Shown in pieces: positions 37,416 to 51,149 of a stretch of 64,000 nucleotides of DNA. Position 1 is the stretch's first letter; each line of letters starts with the position of its first letter. The notes beneath the pieces are model-generated. The model made no database searches. It worked only from the letters and a program-made list of their open reading frames with translations, and was not told the DNA's origin. The DNA comes from Rhynchobatus australiae (taxonomy: Eukaryota), in NCBI GenBank assembly GCA_034780895.1, contig JAUZTB010000048.1, positions 14,457,831 through 14,521,830 on the forward strand. The letters are read 5' to 3'. A program made the position numbers and the translations under genes.

Positions 37416-38984
37416 TTCCTGTTCTATTTTCTTGTGTTCTTTTGTAAACTGTTAACATGTTGCTACATAGATTGTCGTTGCCATTCTACTTGAAATTGTA
37501 AACTACATTCTCATAGTTTCAGTTATGATGCTTGGAATCCCCACGAGAAGAAACACAAGGGCTGACAATAGATAAATCTTTTATTTTAGTGAAAATAGTA
37601 GCCATTCAGAATTATCTAACAAGGGTGACAAGGTATCCCACTTCCTTGTCTGTCTGCAAAACAAGCAGTCGTGGGACATGACATTAATGTTTCACACCAG
37701 TCACTTACCCTAACTTGTGTAGCCAAGGGGGAGAGAAAAAGACTAAATTAAAGCTAACTTTCCAGACTATCAGCATTCACACCGTGTCCCAAGCTCTAGG
37801 ATCAGTAATCTACAGGGAACACATTGCCTGTTCAGTCTTTTGGCTTTNNNNNNNNNNNNNNNNNNNNNNNNNNNNNNNNNNNNNNNNNNNNNNNNNNNNN
37901 NNNNNNNNNNNNNNNNNNNNNNNNNNNNNNNNNNNNNNNNNNNNNNNGTTTCCATGAGGAAACCATCAACTAATGTAAAACAAATGGAGAATGAGATTGG
38001 TTTATCTGAACGGCTATTATGAAGTACAGACTGGTATGCAAGAACTTGTTAACCAATATTTTTAGATGGCAAATTATTTTTTTTTTAATTAAAATTTCTT
38101 GTGTTATATCTTAAAAGAGCTCCCCACTATTTTTCCCATCATTACTCAATATGTCTGTATTGAATCCAGTCAATGCAGACTAAATGTTTGCCCACATTTT
38201 TAGGTCTGTTGAAATGCATGGTCCAATTTTCAGAAACTTGATACTTCACAAACCTTAAATATGCCCACAGGCAGATTCCATTCATCTCCCTGGCTTCCCT
38301 CTGCTCAGCATTGACATACACACCACATTTTTTTTTAATGCAAATGGCAATTGTCAACATCTTTGTTTGACTGACAAATAAATTAACCTCAACTTTTTAC
38401 CAACAGTGAGCATGGACAAAACACAGCTTCAGTAGGTTATAAATTGAATAAAATTGAACTGCTTTATGCAAGATTTTAGCCAAAGCCCTTTAATTATTTT
38501 AATAATACAATTATTAATTGAAAGTAATGAGAGAAGTAGGGCCTCCAAGTCCAGTTCTTACATTTGCATTAATGATGCTGGTTTGTTTCAGAGTGTGCAG
38601 GAAACAGGCTTCGAACACTTGTATGCAATCCACATCACCTATGCATGCAGATATTATTGAGGATAAATATTCATTTAACATATTTATGGTATTTGGTGCT
38701 GTTGTATTCAATATAATAATTACAAAACCACACATCCTGCCAGAAGTGTGCCAGGTGTCATAGTACAGCAAATTCATGAAGATGATCAAATAAACAGAGT
38801 TAAATTATGTTAAGTAAAATTTGAAGGCTAAATTCCTGGCTGGTGAAATGTTGAAGCACAAAAACTGAGCCCCTTAATTCTTACAGATAAAATAATGATG
38901 TTTTTCATGGTTCTAACATCTCCCACTTAGCACCAAACCCATGACTTTCAGCATCACTTAGTATCAGTACTCATGTAGGTCATT

Positions 38985-39235
38985 TCAAATGCCAGAGTCT
39001 TGGACACAATTTAGCTGATACTTCAGAGTACTACTGAGGCAGCACTGCACAGCCTGAGATTTAATCTTTAGACAAGGTGCTAAATGAAGGCCCCATCCAT
39101 CCTCTCCATTTGAGGATGACTCTGTACAGTTTCTCTGTCCTGGACAGTATTTTAGTTTCTGCTACCAATGCTAATAAATCAGAACAGCTGGGTTAGACTT
39201 GCATTTGTATTTGTGGGGGCTTTCTGTAGCAACAT
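38985..39235 (+). mobile_element. Decayed Deu-type SINE
   Basis: 'gctgatacttcagagtactactgaggcagcactgcac..tttagacaaggtgctaaatgaaggcccc' resembles the DeuSINE core (from recall). Confidence 0.5.
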
Positions 39236-39359
39236 CTCACTTTGGGATGTTGTGAGCTNNNNNNNNNNNNNNNNNNNNNNNNNNNNNNNNNNNNNNNNNN
39301 NNNNNNNNNNNNNNNNNNNNNNNNNNNNNNNNNNNNNNNNNNNNNNNNNNNNNNNNNNT

Positions 39360-39436
39360 TGACCTGTACAATCGGTATGCAAGACAAGTTTTTCACTGTA
39401 CCTCGGTACAAGTGACAATAATAAACCAATACCATT
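39360..39436 (+). mobile_element. LINE 3' tail (L2 or Rex-Babar-like)
   Basis: 'tttcactgtacctcggtacaagtgacaataataaaccaatacca' next to a gap. Confidence 0.6.
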
Positions 39437-42400
39437 ATATTTTTTTCTGCGACTCTCAGTATGAAATAGAATGTATAACAAATGTTTCAGACAATCAGAT
39501 GTCCCAAAAGGAAGGCCCATGATGTCTCTTTGAAATCCCTGTGACCTAACTCCTATTTCTACATGTATATTTACAACAGCCAGGGGAAAAACTTGAAATA
39601 AATTTAATTTCTATAAAATATAAAAAAATTCTTCCAAATAAAATCTTCTGGTAGGGTGGAAGAGGGAAGTCCAAGACATACCTGGAAGATGAAACCAATC
39701 TTTATGGACAAGAACCTCACATGGCAGCTATAATGATATGTAACTGACAGATCAAAACTTGCTCACTTTGCATGTTTTGCCAGTGAACATAACCCCTGTT
39801 CTGTGCTGTTAAAATAAACCTCACTCAGCTGTTTACTTTCCCTGGAAAATTAAAACCGTTCATTTAAAACAAAACCCAAGTAGTTCACAACAACCTCTAT
39901 TTTCCTTGTTGCCTTTGTTAAATCACAAGTTCTTTACAGAAAAAAAAGCTGCATCTAGATTTACAGCTCTTGAAGGTTTTGAAGTGATTCTCTCCCACCA
40001 GACCTCACCAGTGTGCTACCTCACAGTGATGCTTATCTTGTAGCTGCAGATCTGGAGTCAGTTTCTGTAGGTGATGAATCAAACCATTGTCATTTTGATC
40101 TTAAGAAAACTCAAAAGACCTCAGACATGGTGACTCTCCCTAATATGCATTCCTCTTCCACCTTAGCCTACCTCTGCCAATTCCTTTTCTTGTTAATTAC
40201 ATATAAAGGGAACTGCGTTGGACTTTATTGTAAGTCTGATGGCTTGGAGGCCTCCCATCTCAGCACAGAACTTTTGCTAAATGATACAAGTTTGTAAGAT
40301 TGTGGTATATAGAACTGTCACGACAAGTTATTGTGCAATAACTTTTTTTTTAAATAAACCAATGAAATGCCATTTGCAAGTGGACAGATCATACCCATGT
40401 CAGTTAGAACAGCTATAACAATTCAAATGGAGATGATGAAACAAGGTCCAACAATACTGGGTCTCTTTATAGGCAGGTCCAGTGCCCTTTTTTACTTCTA
40501 AATAATTACATTTAAAGTTAGCAAGAATGAATTTTGTTGCTTTTGACAAGGACAAAGCTTCTGAGTTCAATCTTCTCCAAATGTATTGCAAGATAGCAGC
40601 AATCAATTAGAGGTAGTTCCCTAATGAAAATGGGGAAATAAAATTATATTGCAACACACTAGAAAAAAAAACATACATAAAGTGGTTTTATATTACTAAT
40701 AGTTGGACTGAGTAGAAAATGGAATGTTACATTTTGAACTCTGTTGTCTTTAATGGGTGGTTGATAAATAGTTGATAAGAGAATGATTTATCATATGCAA
40801 AATAGTTATGTTTTAATTCATTTTTCTCAGCCTTTTATAATCTGAGCATTCAAGGTAATTATAATTCCTGGAAGGCCAGAGCCCTGTAAATGCATGTGCA
40901 TCATTTAATGCCATTAAGGAATGTATGAACTGGATTTGCTTATGCTTGTATGCTATGACTAATACATGGTGAAGGCAAATTAAGTTTGAACCAGTTATTA
41001 GAGTGGGATGTATTTCAAGTCTAAATTAAACTAGAACTATTAAATCTGCTTTATTGTGTAAACAATTGAATTCATCAGATCAGCATCAGATTTGAGGATT
41101 CTTTTCATAAGCTATAAATGAATGCTAATGACTCTAGACCATGAAGGCCCATTACCAGTTGCTGAGGATACAAATATGATTTTCATTATTATTTATATAC
41201 AGAGCGGTAACTCACTGAAAAGTGTTTCCACACCTATCAAGTATGACTTGTTGCAATGTCTACTGTTAAATCCTTATAAATGGCAGTAACCAAAATCTCT
41301 ATCTTCAGTTTAGATGCACTACTATTGTATTTGAATAGTACTTAATGTACTTGAATAGGCAAAGATCCTGCTGAACAATAATCAAACAACAGTAGATGTC
41401 CTATTCAAAATGTGATGCAAACACAAAAGTGGAAGTGCTTAACTGTTGAAGCTACGATCTTTAGGATGAGACCATAAAACAAGAACTTGTACATTTGCTC
41501 TCACAGGGACATACAAAGGTTATCATTGGATAACAAATGTATTGTCAGCTCATCAGCAATTCCACAGAGGACCTCTGACTTGCTGCTACAAAGTTTAGAG
41601 GTCAAATGGGCCCTGTATATTTTTGAGCGAAGCGGCTGCACTCACTTGTTTCAGGTCAGCCGCAGCTGCCGCACTTACCATGGGCCCGTTCATTTAAATG
41701 GGGCCATTAACCTTAATTAAAAAAGGTAGGTTTAGCTAAGGTTTTGTTTATTTGTCTTCTTTCTCTGATATTTTTAAGTAACAACAGTTTAATGTTTCAA
41801 TTTCTTTTTACTTGCAAGATTTCAACTATTTTTATAAATGGCTGATTATGGGAGACATTTAAAAGTGAAACAGATCTTTGACAGCACATGGTGTCAAAGG
41901 CAGTTATGGTGGTGCTTGGGCAAGTCCTCAGTATGCACTGTGCAGGGGCCCAGTTGCCGTTGTGGTCTGATGCACCCACAGCACTGTCACAGACCACAGG
42001 CCTAAATTTAGGGAGGATCATGTTCAATACGGCCCTAATGCTATTTCAACGAACAATTTTGCAGTATTTATTCCTCAATCAGCATCACAATTACATCCCT
42101 ATGCATGGGATTTGACTGTTACATTCTGTAGATTAAAACATTGACTATAATTTTAAAATACACCTGTAAGCCCATCTTTTGCTAGTCCCAGATGTGGAGT
42201 ACCATAAAAATAACTTTCAGAATGCACTTATGAATTTGAACTTCAGTTACCAGTGAATTTAGTTCCTCCTTTCAGCAACGCACCAAAAAAGGTGCAAATT
42301 TTTATATTGTTACATAGGCATGGGCAAGCTGTGTATTACTCCTTTATTTAGATACCACCCTTTCTATACTGGATGTTTGATACTGTGCATCGTTTAAGAG

Positions 42401-43909
42401 AGGGTTGACAACCTGCTCATACACCTCTAGCAATGCCATTCAAAGCCAGGCACAAGACCACAATTCAAGAAATGTTACTCATTTGCACTCTTGCCACACA
42501 GGCAACTACTTAACCACTCAGAGCTGTAAGATTGAGAACTCATCAAGTGGAAAAACAGAAACATGCTGACATCCTGGTTCACCATTGCAAAATAAACTGC
42601 TTTAGAATTTATACTTACACAACAGTTTTAAATGTGGAGTCATCATGCTTACACATAAAAGACTATTGCATAACAAACAAGTTAATAAAAAAATTAACCA
42701 ATGAAAACTAAATTGTTCTTGCAGGTTTCCATAAGAAATTGGAAGAAAATAAAATCAGCATTGTGTGTTTCTGAGATTGGAACTGGGAAAATCAATTATT
42801 AATCATTTCATTTTGTCCACAATTGCAAAAGTAACAGTTCTCGAATCTCTAATATATTCCAATTAGTAAATTAGAAAATGGAAAAGTTTCACATATGGGA
42901 AAACATCAGACTATCTGTAACATTCAAACACATTTTGATAATTATAGAATGCCTCATTTTATAGTTAAACCTTTTTCGCTTCCTTCCCCCAACACCCTGA
43001 ATATTTCTGTAGATTTTCTAAATTTCATTGAGAGTTGCTTGGGATAGGACTGGTTACAGGGGAAGTAAAAAAAAATCAGAACCAAAGCTCAGGCAGCAAT
43101 TTTTATGCACACATGTGGCTATCCAATTTAGCTGAAGCAGCTTTCTCACATTTCAATTAGCTGAGAAAATCAACTGCTATTTTGTTGCATGTACAATCTT
43201 TATCCTTAACTACTTTATGCATACTTGTAGCTTAGATACCAATAAAAACTACTTAAATTTTTAATTTGCATCTTAAATTACACACACAAAAAGATACCCA
43301 CCATTTTAATTGTATGGTAATGATAAAGTGGTGCAGCCAGGGTTTGAGGTGACATTTTGGCTTCAGCTGTTGCCCAATGGATGTTCAGGAAACAGTAAAC
43401 TTTTGCATCAGTGGTGGTTTACTTATGCGGAGGTGGCTTTGATTTTCCAGCAGTGCAGGAGGTAGGCTCTTCTCTGACAGGGATGGTCGACGGTCACTCA
43501 TGCTCCGTGGCACGTCAGTGCCTGGTGGCATTACTACAGATTAGCCTGAGGTAGCTGCTTATGCTCCTACAGCCCTCAGATTCTATCATGATCTAGTGGC
43601 TGGATGTCACTGAGTCAGAGTTAGTGCCTTCCTCAATTTAAGGCCAAGTGATGAGGGCTTGGTAGGGTTTTCATGGATCTGGAGGTCTGAGTAAATGCAT
43701 TCCATTCTTCAGAACATTTGCACATATTCTCAGATCTGAGCATTGCCAGATGAGATTGACAGCCATTCAGTCAAAGTAATTTTTAACATGAAAGTGTCCA
43801 CATGAAGGCGGTGAACTCCTCACTTAACCCATTTCTTAAAATGGCCACATTTAACTCAGTCAATCATTTAAATCTGGCAAATACATTGGAGCGAAGTTAC
43901 AAATGAATA

Positions 43910-44042
43910 CTACTTTGTTATTCCTTTTATTTTTGCTCTATTTATTTAATTTGTAATTTATATTAATCTTATGCCTTTGCACTGTACTGCTACCGCAAAA
44001 CAACAAATTTCACGACATAAGTCAATAATAATAAATCTGAAG
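43910..44042 (+). mobile_element. Rex1/Babar-like LINE 3' tail
   Basis: 'gcactgtactgctaccgcaaaacaacaaatttcacgacataagtcaataataataaatctga'; family assigned from recall. Confidence 0.6.
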
Positions 44043-44424
44043 AAAATTACTAAGCAATTAGCAATATATATTGCCAGACTAAAATAAGTGTTCAGTGAGT
44101 TGGCTGCACTTTACGAAGGTGCATTTTGAAAAATAATTAAACAACCTAATTAATTCACTTGCAACTCATTTATCCAGCCCAGGTAATTTATATTGCCTTA
44201 GCAAATGTAATAGCTGCACAAAAATTAATTTTAACAAATTTTTAAAAATTCAGAATTTTGTTAGAAGCAGACTTTCAATTAATGCAATCTTACACTTATT
44301 GGTCAAACTCTGTGTCGAATATCCTCAACAATCAAGTATCCACAGTTCTTTTGTGTAGGGAATTCCAAAAAATGAGTAAGAATTTTTTTCTCAGTCATAA
44401 AACATTGATACAAGGTATGCAACA

Positions 44425-44500
44425 CAAAATGTTAACTGTTTTTCTTTCCACAGACACTGCTTTACTTACTCAGTGTTTCCAGCATTTTCTGTTTTTAACT
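44425..44500 (+). mobile_element. Penelope-like terminal fragment
   Basis: 'aaatgttaactgtttttctttccacagacactgc..ctcagtgtttccagcattttctgttttta' is the reverse complement of the 31740 and 34160 termini. Confidence 0.65.
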
Positions 44501-44699
44501 TAAATATCCCTAGGTTTAAAATTCTGCTGAAATCTCAGCAAGTTAATCCTACCCATTTACATTGTGAGAGCTGTCACGAAGTTCTACATCTCCATGCCTT
44601 CTTTTGGAACTCACAGACGTTTTCTCTCGATAAAAGGTTAAGTGTTAATGATTGAGTAAGAAAAAATTCTTATGTTACTCACTTTTGGATTTCTCTACA

Positions 44700-44865
44700 C
44701 AAAAAGAACTGTGGATACTCAATTGTTGAGAATATTCAAGTCAGAGTTTGATAGATTTTTGGAATCTAAAGAAATAGAATGGTTCTGAGGTAGATCAGTC
44801 ATACCTTTTTGTATTATGGCAGTGAAGGTTTGGCAGACGACATAGCATACTGTTACCTCTATTTA
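44700..44865 (+). mobile_element. Old CR1 3' fragment
   Basis: 'ctgtggatactcaattgttgagaatattcaagtcagagtttgatagatttttgg..gaggtagatcagtcat'. Confidence 0.55.
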
Positions 44866-47504
44866 TTTCTTGTACTTTCAATGGCTTAGATTTGATAGAA
44901 AAATTGTTTTAATTTTCAACAGCAGTGCAGTTGTGGATAGTATAGTTGTAAATATTGGTATTGGTATAAAGATCCCTTTGCACCAAATCTTCAAAATAAG
45001 TAAAAGGCTTTAATGCTCACTTCACCTCCAAGATGAAAAAAGTGTATATAGGTTGCAAAGGAATCTGGTAATAAGGAAAAAATACATTTGATGTTGAGTT
45101 TTAAAAGCAAAATCAGCGATCACCACAAAATTGCCTCACCAATTTCAATAAAAGGTGACAAAAACTCCTGACGTGACAGGGCCAAGATAGTTGTTTCATG
45201 CATATATTTCATGGCAATATGACAAATATTATAACTTCAAATAAGACCTGATTGTATCATTTTAAACTAGCAGTAAATGTCACACTGTCATATTTTTAAA
45301 AAAATTAATTGATGTATCAAATTTTTAGAAACTTATTATTGACCCGATTCCTTTAATAGAATTTAGAATGTGAAACAAAGGATGCCTGGAATTTGAAGGT
45401 GAGCAGTACAAGTTATTTGTATGAAAATAATGTAGTTTTATTAATAATAGTGTTTACATCTTGAACAGTTACTGATCCACGCAATAGTGAATACTGGAGA
45501 TGTAATTACTTCTACAGAAAGAATGATCTTATACACACAGGGATCCATTAGTTTAAACTACACCTGCACAACTGACAAAATGTAATCTCACGCATGGAGC
45601 ACAAGATGCCCTCCTTGCAGAGAAACGTTTGTACATCATACCAGAACACAATTCTAGAACCATGTTTAATTCCTGAGACACATCAGGGGGATGGGAAGTT
45701 GTCAGGTTACTTGTTTTAGATTACTAGGCTTCAGAAGAGGATCTCTGCAAAGGATTTAAATTAGGATAACAATGCTACTCATCTGCAAAGACCTAAAAGA
45801 AGTTATTTTGCAATAAGGCTTTGCAATTGTACATTTCTATTGAATTTTCACAGGTAGAACCTGTGTAGAAAATTGACAACATCCTCAACCCCTTTGTATT
45901 TCAGTGATGGACCGAGGATCCAGATCCTACGCTGTGGGGCAATCTTCCTTCATTAAAATGTTATATCCAAAATGGTGCTTAAACTGAATCTGAATAGCTA
46001 TCAGTAGTAGTTCACTGTGTGATGTTGGTATACACTTTTACACATGTGTAGAAGCTAAAAAAAAAGTTTGGTTGAGACTAGGTCCCCAAGTCATTCAGAT
46101 GATAGAATCCAGTACCAAAATTAGCCCGAAACTATACAGTACAAAGACATGCTCGAGTTCAAAGCAGATATGATTAAGGCTTTAAATTACTCTGCGGGTC
46201 AGTCAAACATGTACATCACTTCAGCACCTTCCATTTTTGGCAGCCAAGGCTGCAAGGTTCTAATTCGTGGCCTAAACTGCTGAATCAAGACATTGGGACA
46301 GATTAAGCAAAATGCAATCAAAATTTTGAGTGCAGGGAATGTGGATGTGGCTGGCCAAGAATTAAAAACAGAAATAGCTTCCTTGTAATGCTCCTGTTAA
46401 AGAGCTAGAATTTGACCAGCTTACAAGAAGCGAGAGATCTACCATGTGTAAAGAATGCTCAACATATCTGGAGTGAAAATGTAACTTGCAGTTTTTATCA
46501 TGCAAATTAAGGACTGGTCTCTTAAAAAGACCCAAAACATACAGAGCCATGTTAGAATCATCTAAATAAATCACAAAAACTATTGCAAATCTGGCAAAAT
46601 ATTTCAACTGTAAAAAAATATACACTTTGATGGAAAATAATTAGGACACAAAGCCCCAGGCCATTGTTGCAGCTTTCAAATAACTAGAGTACTATGTATA
46701 CAGCAGCTGAATTACTACATTGCCACCAGTTAGGTGTCTGACTTGCAATTCATGGTTCAGATATCATTACATCTTGGAACAGAAATCAACCAAATCAAAG
46801 CAGCTTATATTCCACCCTCACCCCTCCACTCCATGCATTAATACATTAAACACTCAGCCTTAGTGCAGTAAGTGTCTCTCTTGCCATAGGCTGTAGCCCC
46901 CATCAAGATTTAAATACACAAGATTTTCCACTTATGAGCATGGTCACTGCTGACACAAGTGGTGAATTGGGCCCATTTTGAGAAGCAGTTTATTCTCATC
47001 CCTAAACTAGTTATCACCCAATACAAAATACAATCAGACAGATCAATGCAAACGGCAGTGTTTTGAGATCATTCTAAGTTTTGCTTTAAAGTTTATTTAA
47101 CCATGATTGGAGCTAAAATTGGATAACAAAAATAAGTACTTGTAATCAGTGTCAGTTCAACACACAAATTGAAAATATTTTTAATTTACTGATAATGACT
47201 TAGTACTGGAACATTGAAATTATCTAGGTACAAAAGACAAATTTGGTAATAAAAAATGCAATCAAAAACTTGAGAGCACCCTTACTGGTCTCCAAAAGCA
47301 GTAAATTAATTTCTGGAACATCCCTGAAGGTGCACAAACAATTTGTAAAACAAAATCCATCAGTGTCTAATTCATCCTGACAGTGTGGCCAAATTCTAGA
47401 ACATTTTTAAACTAATGCAAATGGAGGAAACAAACTATAATTTGTACATACAATTTTAGTCTTTTTGCGGTGTTTAAACAGGCTTTAAAAATGCAACTCT
47501 ACCT

Positions 47505-47757
47505 GGGGCGGCATGGTAGCATAGTGTTAAGCGTGATGCTATTACAGCACCAGCGATCGGGGTTCGATTCCCAACGCCGTCTGTAAGGAGTTTGTACATT
47601 CTCCCGTGTCTGCGCGTGTTTCCTCCGGGTGCTCCGGTTTCCTCCCACATTCCAAAGATGTACGGGTAGGTTAACACAGGGGTTAAAAATGGGCAGCACG
47701 GACTCATTGGGCCAAAAGGGCCCGTTACCACACTGTAAATAAAATTTAATTTTAAAA
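47505..47757 (+). mobile_element. Full-length, CpG-rich (young) V-SINE-type element with a CR1-like tail
   Basis: A-box-like 'tggtagcatagtg', B-box GGTTCGATTCC at 47561-47571, core 'tttcctccgggtgctccggtttcctcccaca', tail 'gggccaaaagggccc'. Confidence 0.92.
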
Positions 47758-50700
47758 AGGGCAAATGCTTTGCAAGAGATCTTTATTTTTCTGCCTTATT
47801 GGGCAAATATAAGACCCATTGTTACCATTTAGCAAGGGCCAGGGCAGTTCTCCCATTGTACAGGTCAACAATTATTTTCTGTTAGCAGGAGTATACCAAT
47901 GCAAGTCTGTTCTTTGCAAAATGATTACCTTTAAGACAATACAGTCTTAAGTTTTTTTTAAACTAACTCCTCAAAAAGACTTGACAGTCACCATCATTTA
48001 AAGGACCAAATGGATTAAAGATCTGAAACTTTTAATGAGTTATCAACAATGGATTTTTACTACTTTCAACTGGGTTATTTTTGTTAACTTTTTTGCGTTC
48101 CTGTTCTCCACTCCTTACATAACCAACCTCTAAATGTACACCCACTGCCCTGTTTATTCTATTATTATAATTTACAAACAAAATGAGTGTAAAAAGATTA
48201 AGTAGATCTGAAATCAAAAACAAAAGTCCTAATCACTTGTGTATTTACTTTAAGATGTAAAGAATGGGCCCATAAGATTTTAAATCCCAGCAGCACTTAT
48301 TTGTTAGCAATATTTGTTCTCGTTAATATTGATAGAATTACTTGATAAACAGATTTGAATTTCATGAGATTTTTTGTTTTAAAAGAACAGTTCAGTTCAG
48401 TGCTGTTGCCTCAATGGTGGATAAATCCTACTGTACAAGCTCCCATCTTAAGATGCATGTCAATGGATTGGAATATTGCACATGCTCAATGAATGTCTCC
48501 CATTTGATTGCATTTTCTGAAGTAATGCAGAGCTTCTGACTGATCAGGTAAGAGGACAAGAAAATATTCTATCCAATAATATGTCTGCAAGAACAGCCAA
48601 GGTAATTAGGAACCATTTTTATTTGAGTGCTATGATTAAAGTTTCATTGGAAAAGGGAGAAATTAATGGATCATGTGCAACTCAAAATGTTTTCAGATCA
48701 AAGTTGTGACTGAANNNNNNNNNNNNNNNNNNNNNNNNNNNNNNNNNNNNNNNNNNNNNNNNNNNNNNNNNNNNNNNNNNNNNNNNNNNNNNNNNNNNNN
48801 NNNNNNNNNNNNNNGGAGGGAGAGATAGAAAGAAGGAGAGAAAGACATTTGGACAGGAGTCAGTGAAAGTTAGTGGAGCAAAGCCCCTGTGACTGAACAC
48901 CTCTGTGCAAACTTGCATAGTGAACTAGAACAATAGGCTGTGGAAGTGAAATTGCAGGAAAATAACTTTCACAAACAGACAAACTGCAACAATAATTTCT
49001 GGAAAGAATTAAAAACTCCAACAGAACCAGAGATGTAAAACACCATATGTATTCCAAAACTGGATGAATGTACATCGAACAATAGTACATTATAAATTAA
49101 AGACAGTTTGAAACACTTTTGGATGGTTTAACATGGTTTTAAGGAAATCAAAAAAGGTCCAAATATGTAATAAATACAAAAAGAAAACTGAATTAAATAA
49201 AAGGTACCTTAATATGCATACCACAGTGTGGCCAACTACAACAAACTTCTAATATTATAACACTGAGAGATCAAAACAAAAATCATGTATGTGAATTCCC
49301 TATAAATTGCATTGCAAATGAAAATGTCCAAAATTCAATAGAATAGGAATTAATGAAATTGAGCATGCACCGTCAAGCAACAAGTTTATAATCTGGATCA
49401 AATAAGCAATTTTTAGCCCCTGTATTTGATGCACAACAATTTCAAAATTATGCTACAAAAGTGCAACTATAAAACATTTTCTAGCACACATATATATGGC
49501 TCAGTCTTCTCTAGCAGATGGGGTGAGTAAAGGAAAATTAGAATCCATGGTCATAGGAGGTCAGTAGTGTCAACATTACAAACCCCAAATAAAAAATGCT
49601 CATATTTTTCCAGAATATTAAGAATTTGGGATCTTTGTAAAAAAAAGTACCACAGTTCAGATACTCTGCGTGAAGTGTTTAAGCAAATATTTAAGCCAAA
49701 CACACACACACTCCAACTGCATAGCTAGTTTCTTATTCATACAACCACTGGAATGTTGAAAGGTATTTTTTTTAAATTAACTTTTATAAACTGTAGCCAC
49801 CCATCAGTCTAACAGCTATTGAAGAGCTTGAGAAGTGTACATCTGTCCAATGGCTTCATTATGTCAAAAGCATATTGAAGAGCTGATAGACAATGCAACA
49901 GCAGTCTATGGATGATGCACTCAATTTTTTCACTCAAAAATAGATTGCTTTCCACTAGTCTATTAAAAAAACACAATTAGTTCAATTCTAAAGATAACTA
50001 AATGCTAGCCAAAAACCTCATTTCATAAAGACTACCTGCAATCCCAAGGTACCAATCCCCTTCACCCAGATGAGCATACATGTGAAAAGCAAACAATTTA
50101 GCAGCCTAATTGCACTGAAACGTAATGTTAGATTACCAGATTTATATTAAAAACAAATTCAAAAAGTTATAGACAGACTTATTCCACAATTCAAAGCTCA
50201 ATGGTCCATTACCCAAGTCAAAAATAAAACTGTCTGGAATTTCTTTTACACATACAACTTCTGCTCCTGGGTAAAGGACACATATTAAACAGTATCCCTT
50301 CACTAGTGCAGTATATACGAATGACCTCAAACTTCATTCCTACACAATATACTTGGTCACAGTTGCATCATGAAGTTCAGGTAAGATAATGCGAATATGA
50401 ACAAGATCTCCAAGTCAATTACCAAACTCTTGAAATCCAATTGAATGCTTCAGTAATCACAATTCTGTTTGCTTCTACCCTGCCCTCAGAAGAGCAATAT
50501 AGTGCATTTTATTCTGGTACAGCTGATCATTTTTAAATCAGGCTCCCAATATACTTTTGTTAACACTAACTGATCCTTGATTTCATTCAAAACTTTAAGA
50601 ATTTAGTAGTTTAACTTCCCAACCAGATGAAAAAGGGATTACTGTATCTACCCTTTTAATTAACCAAAATACAATTACCACCCCCAGTGAATCAAAATTT

Positions 50701-51149
50701 AACAGGTTCATAATGTGCATAAAACATTAAATCGAGGATTTTGGACATAAAGGTGGCATGTTCAGTAAACAAAACTGTCTTCAATAGAATTAGATATTTA
50801 ACCTTTCAACTACACTGTCACTCATTGTTTTAAATGTACAGGGCCAGGGTCTTAAAATTCAATTCACTGAATTTTGCAGATTAATGTAGCAGATTTAAGT
50901 ACAGCTGTGATGAGCACTACTTAAGATATTAAAGCTTGGAACTATTAATGCAAGGTTAGCAAATGTGGATACAATGCAATACTTTGATCTAATTGATCAG
51001 ATTTTGGTACAATTGTGCCTGTGGGCCCTGACTATATGACAGATGCACTTGCTGATGATGCCCATTCCATTCACTTATTCATCCATAAAATCTCAGCCAA
51101 CAATTTTTTTACGTTACTACCAAAAAATTGTGCCATAAATGAGCTTGCA

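Noticed and set aside
47505-47580. tRNA-like sequence with A and B boxes
   Set aside because: It is a SINE head that continues into the SINE core; no complete cloverleaf was seen.
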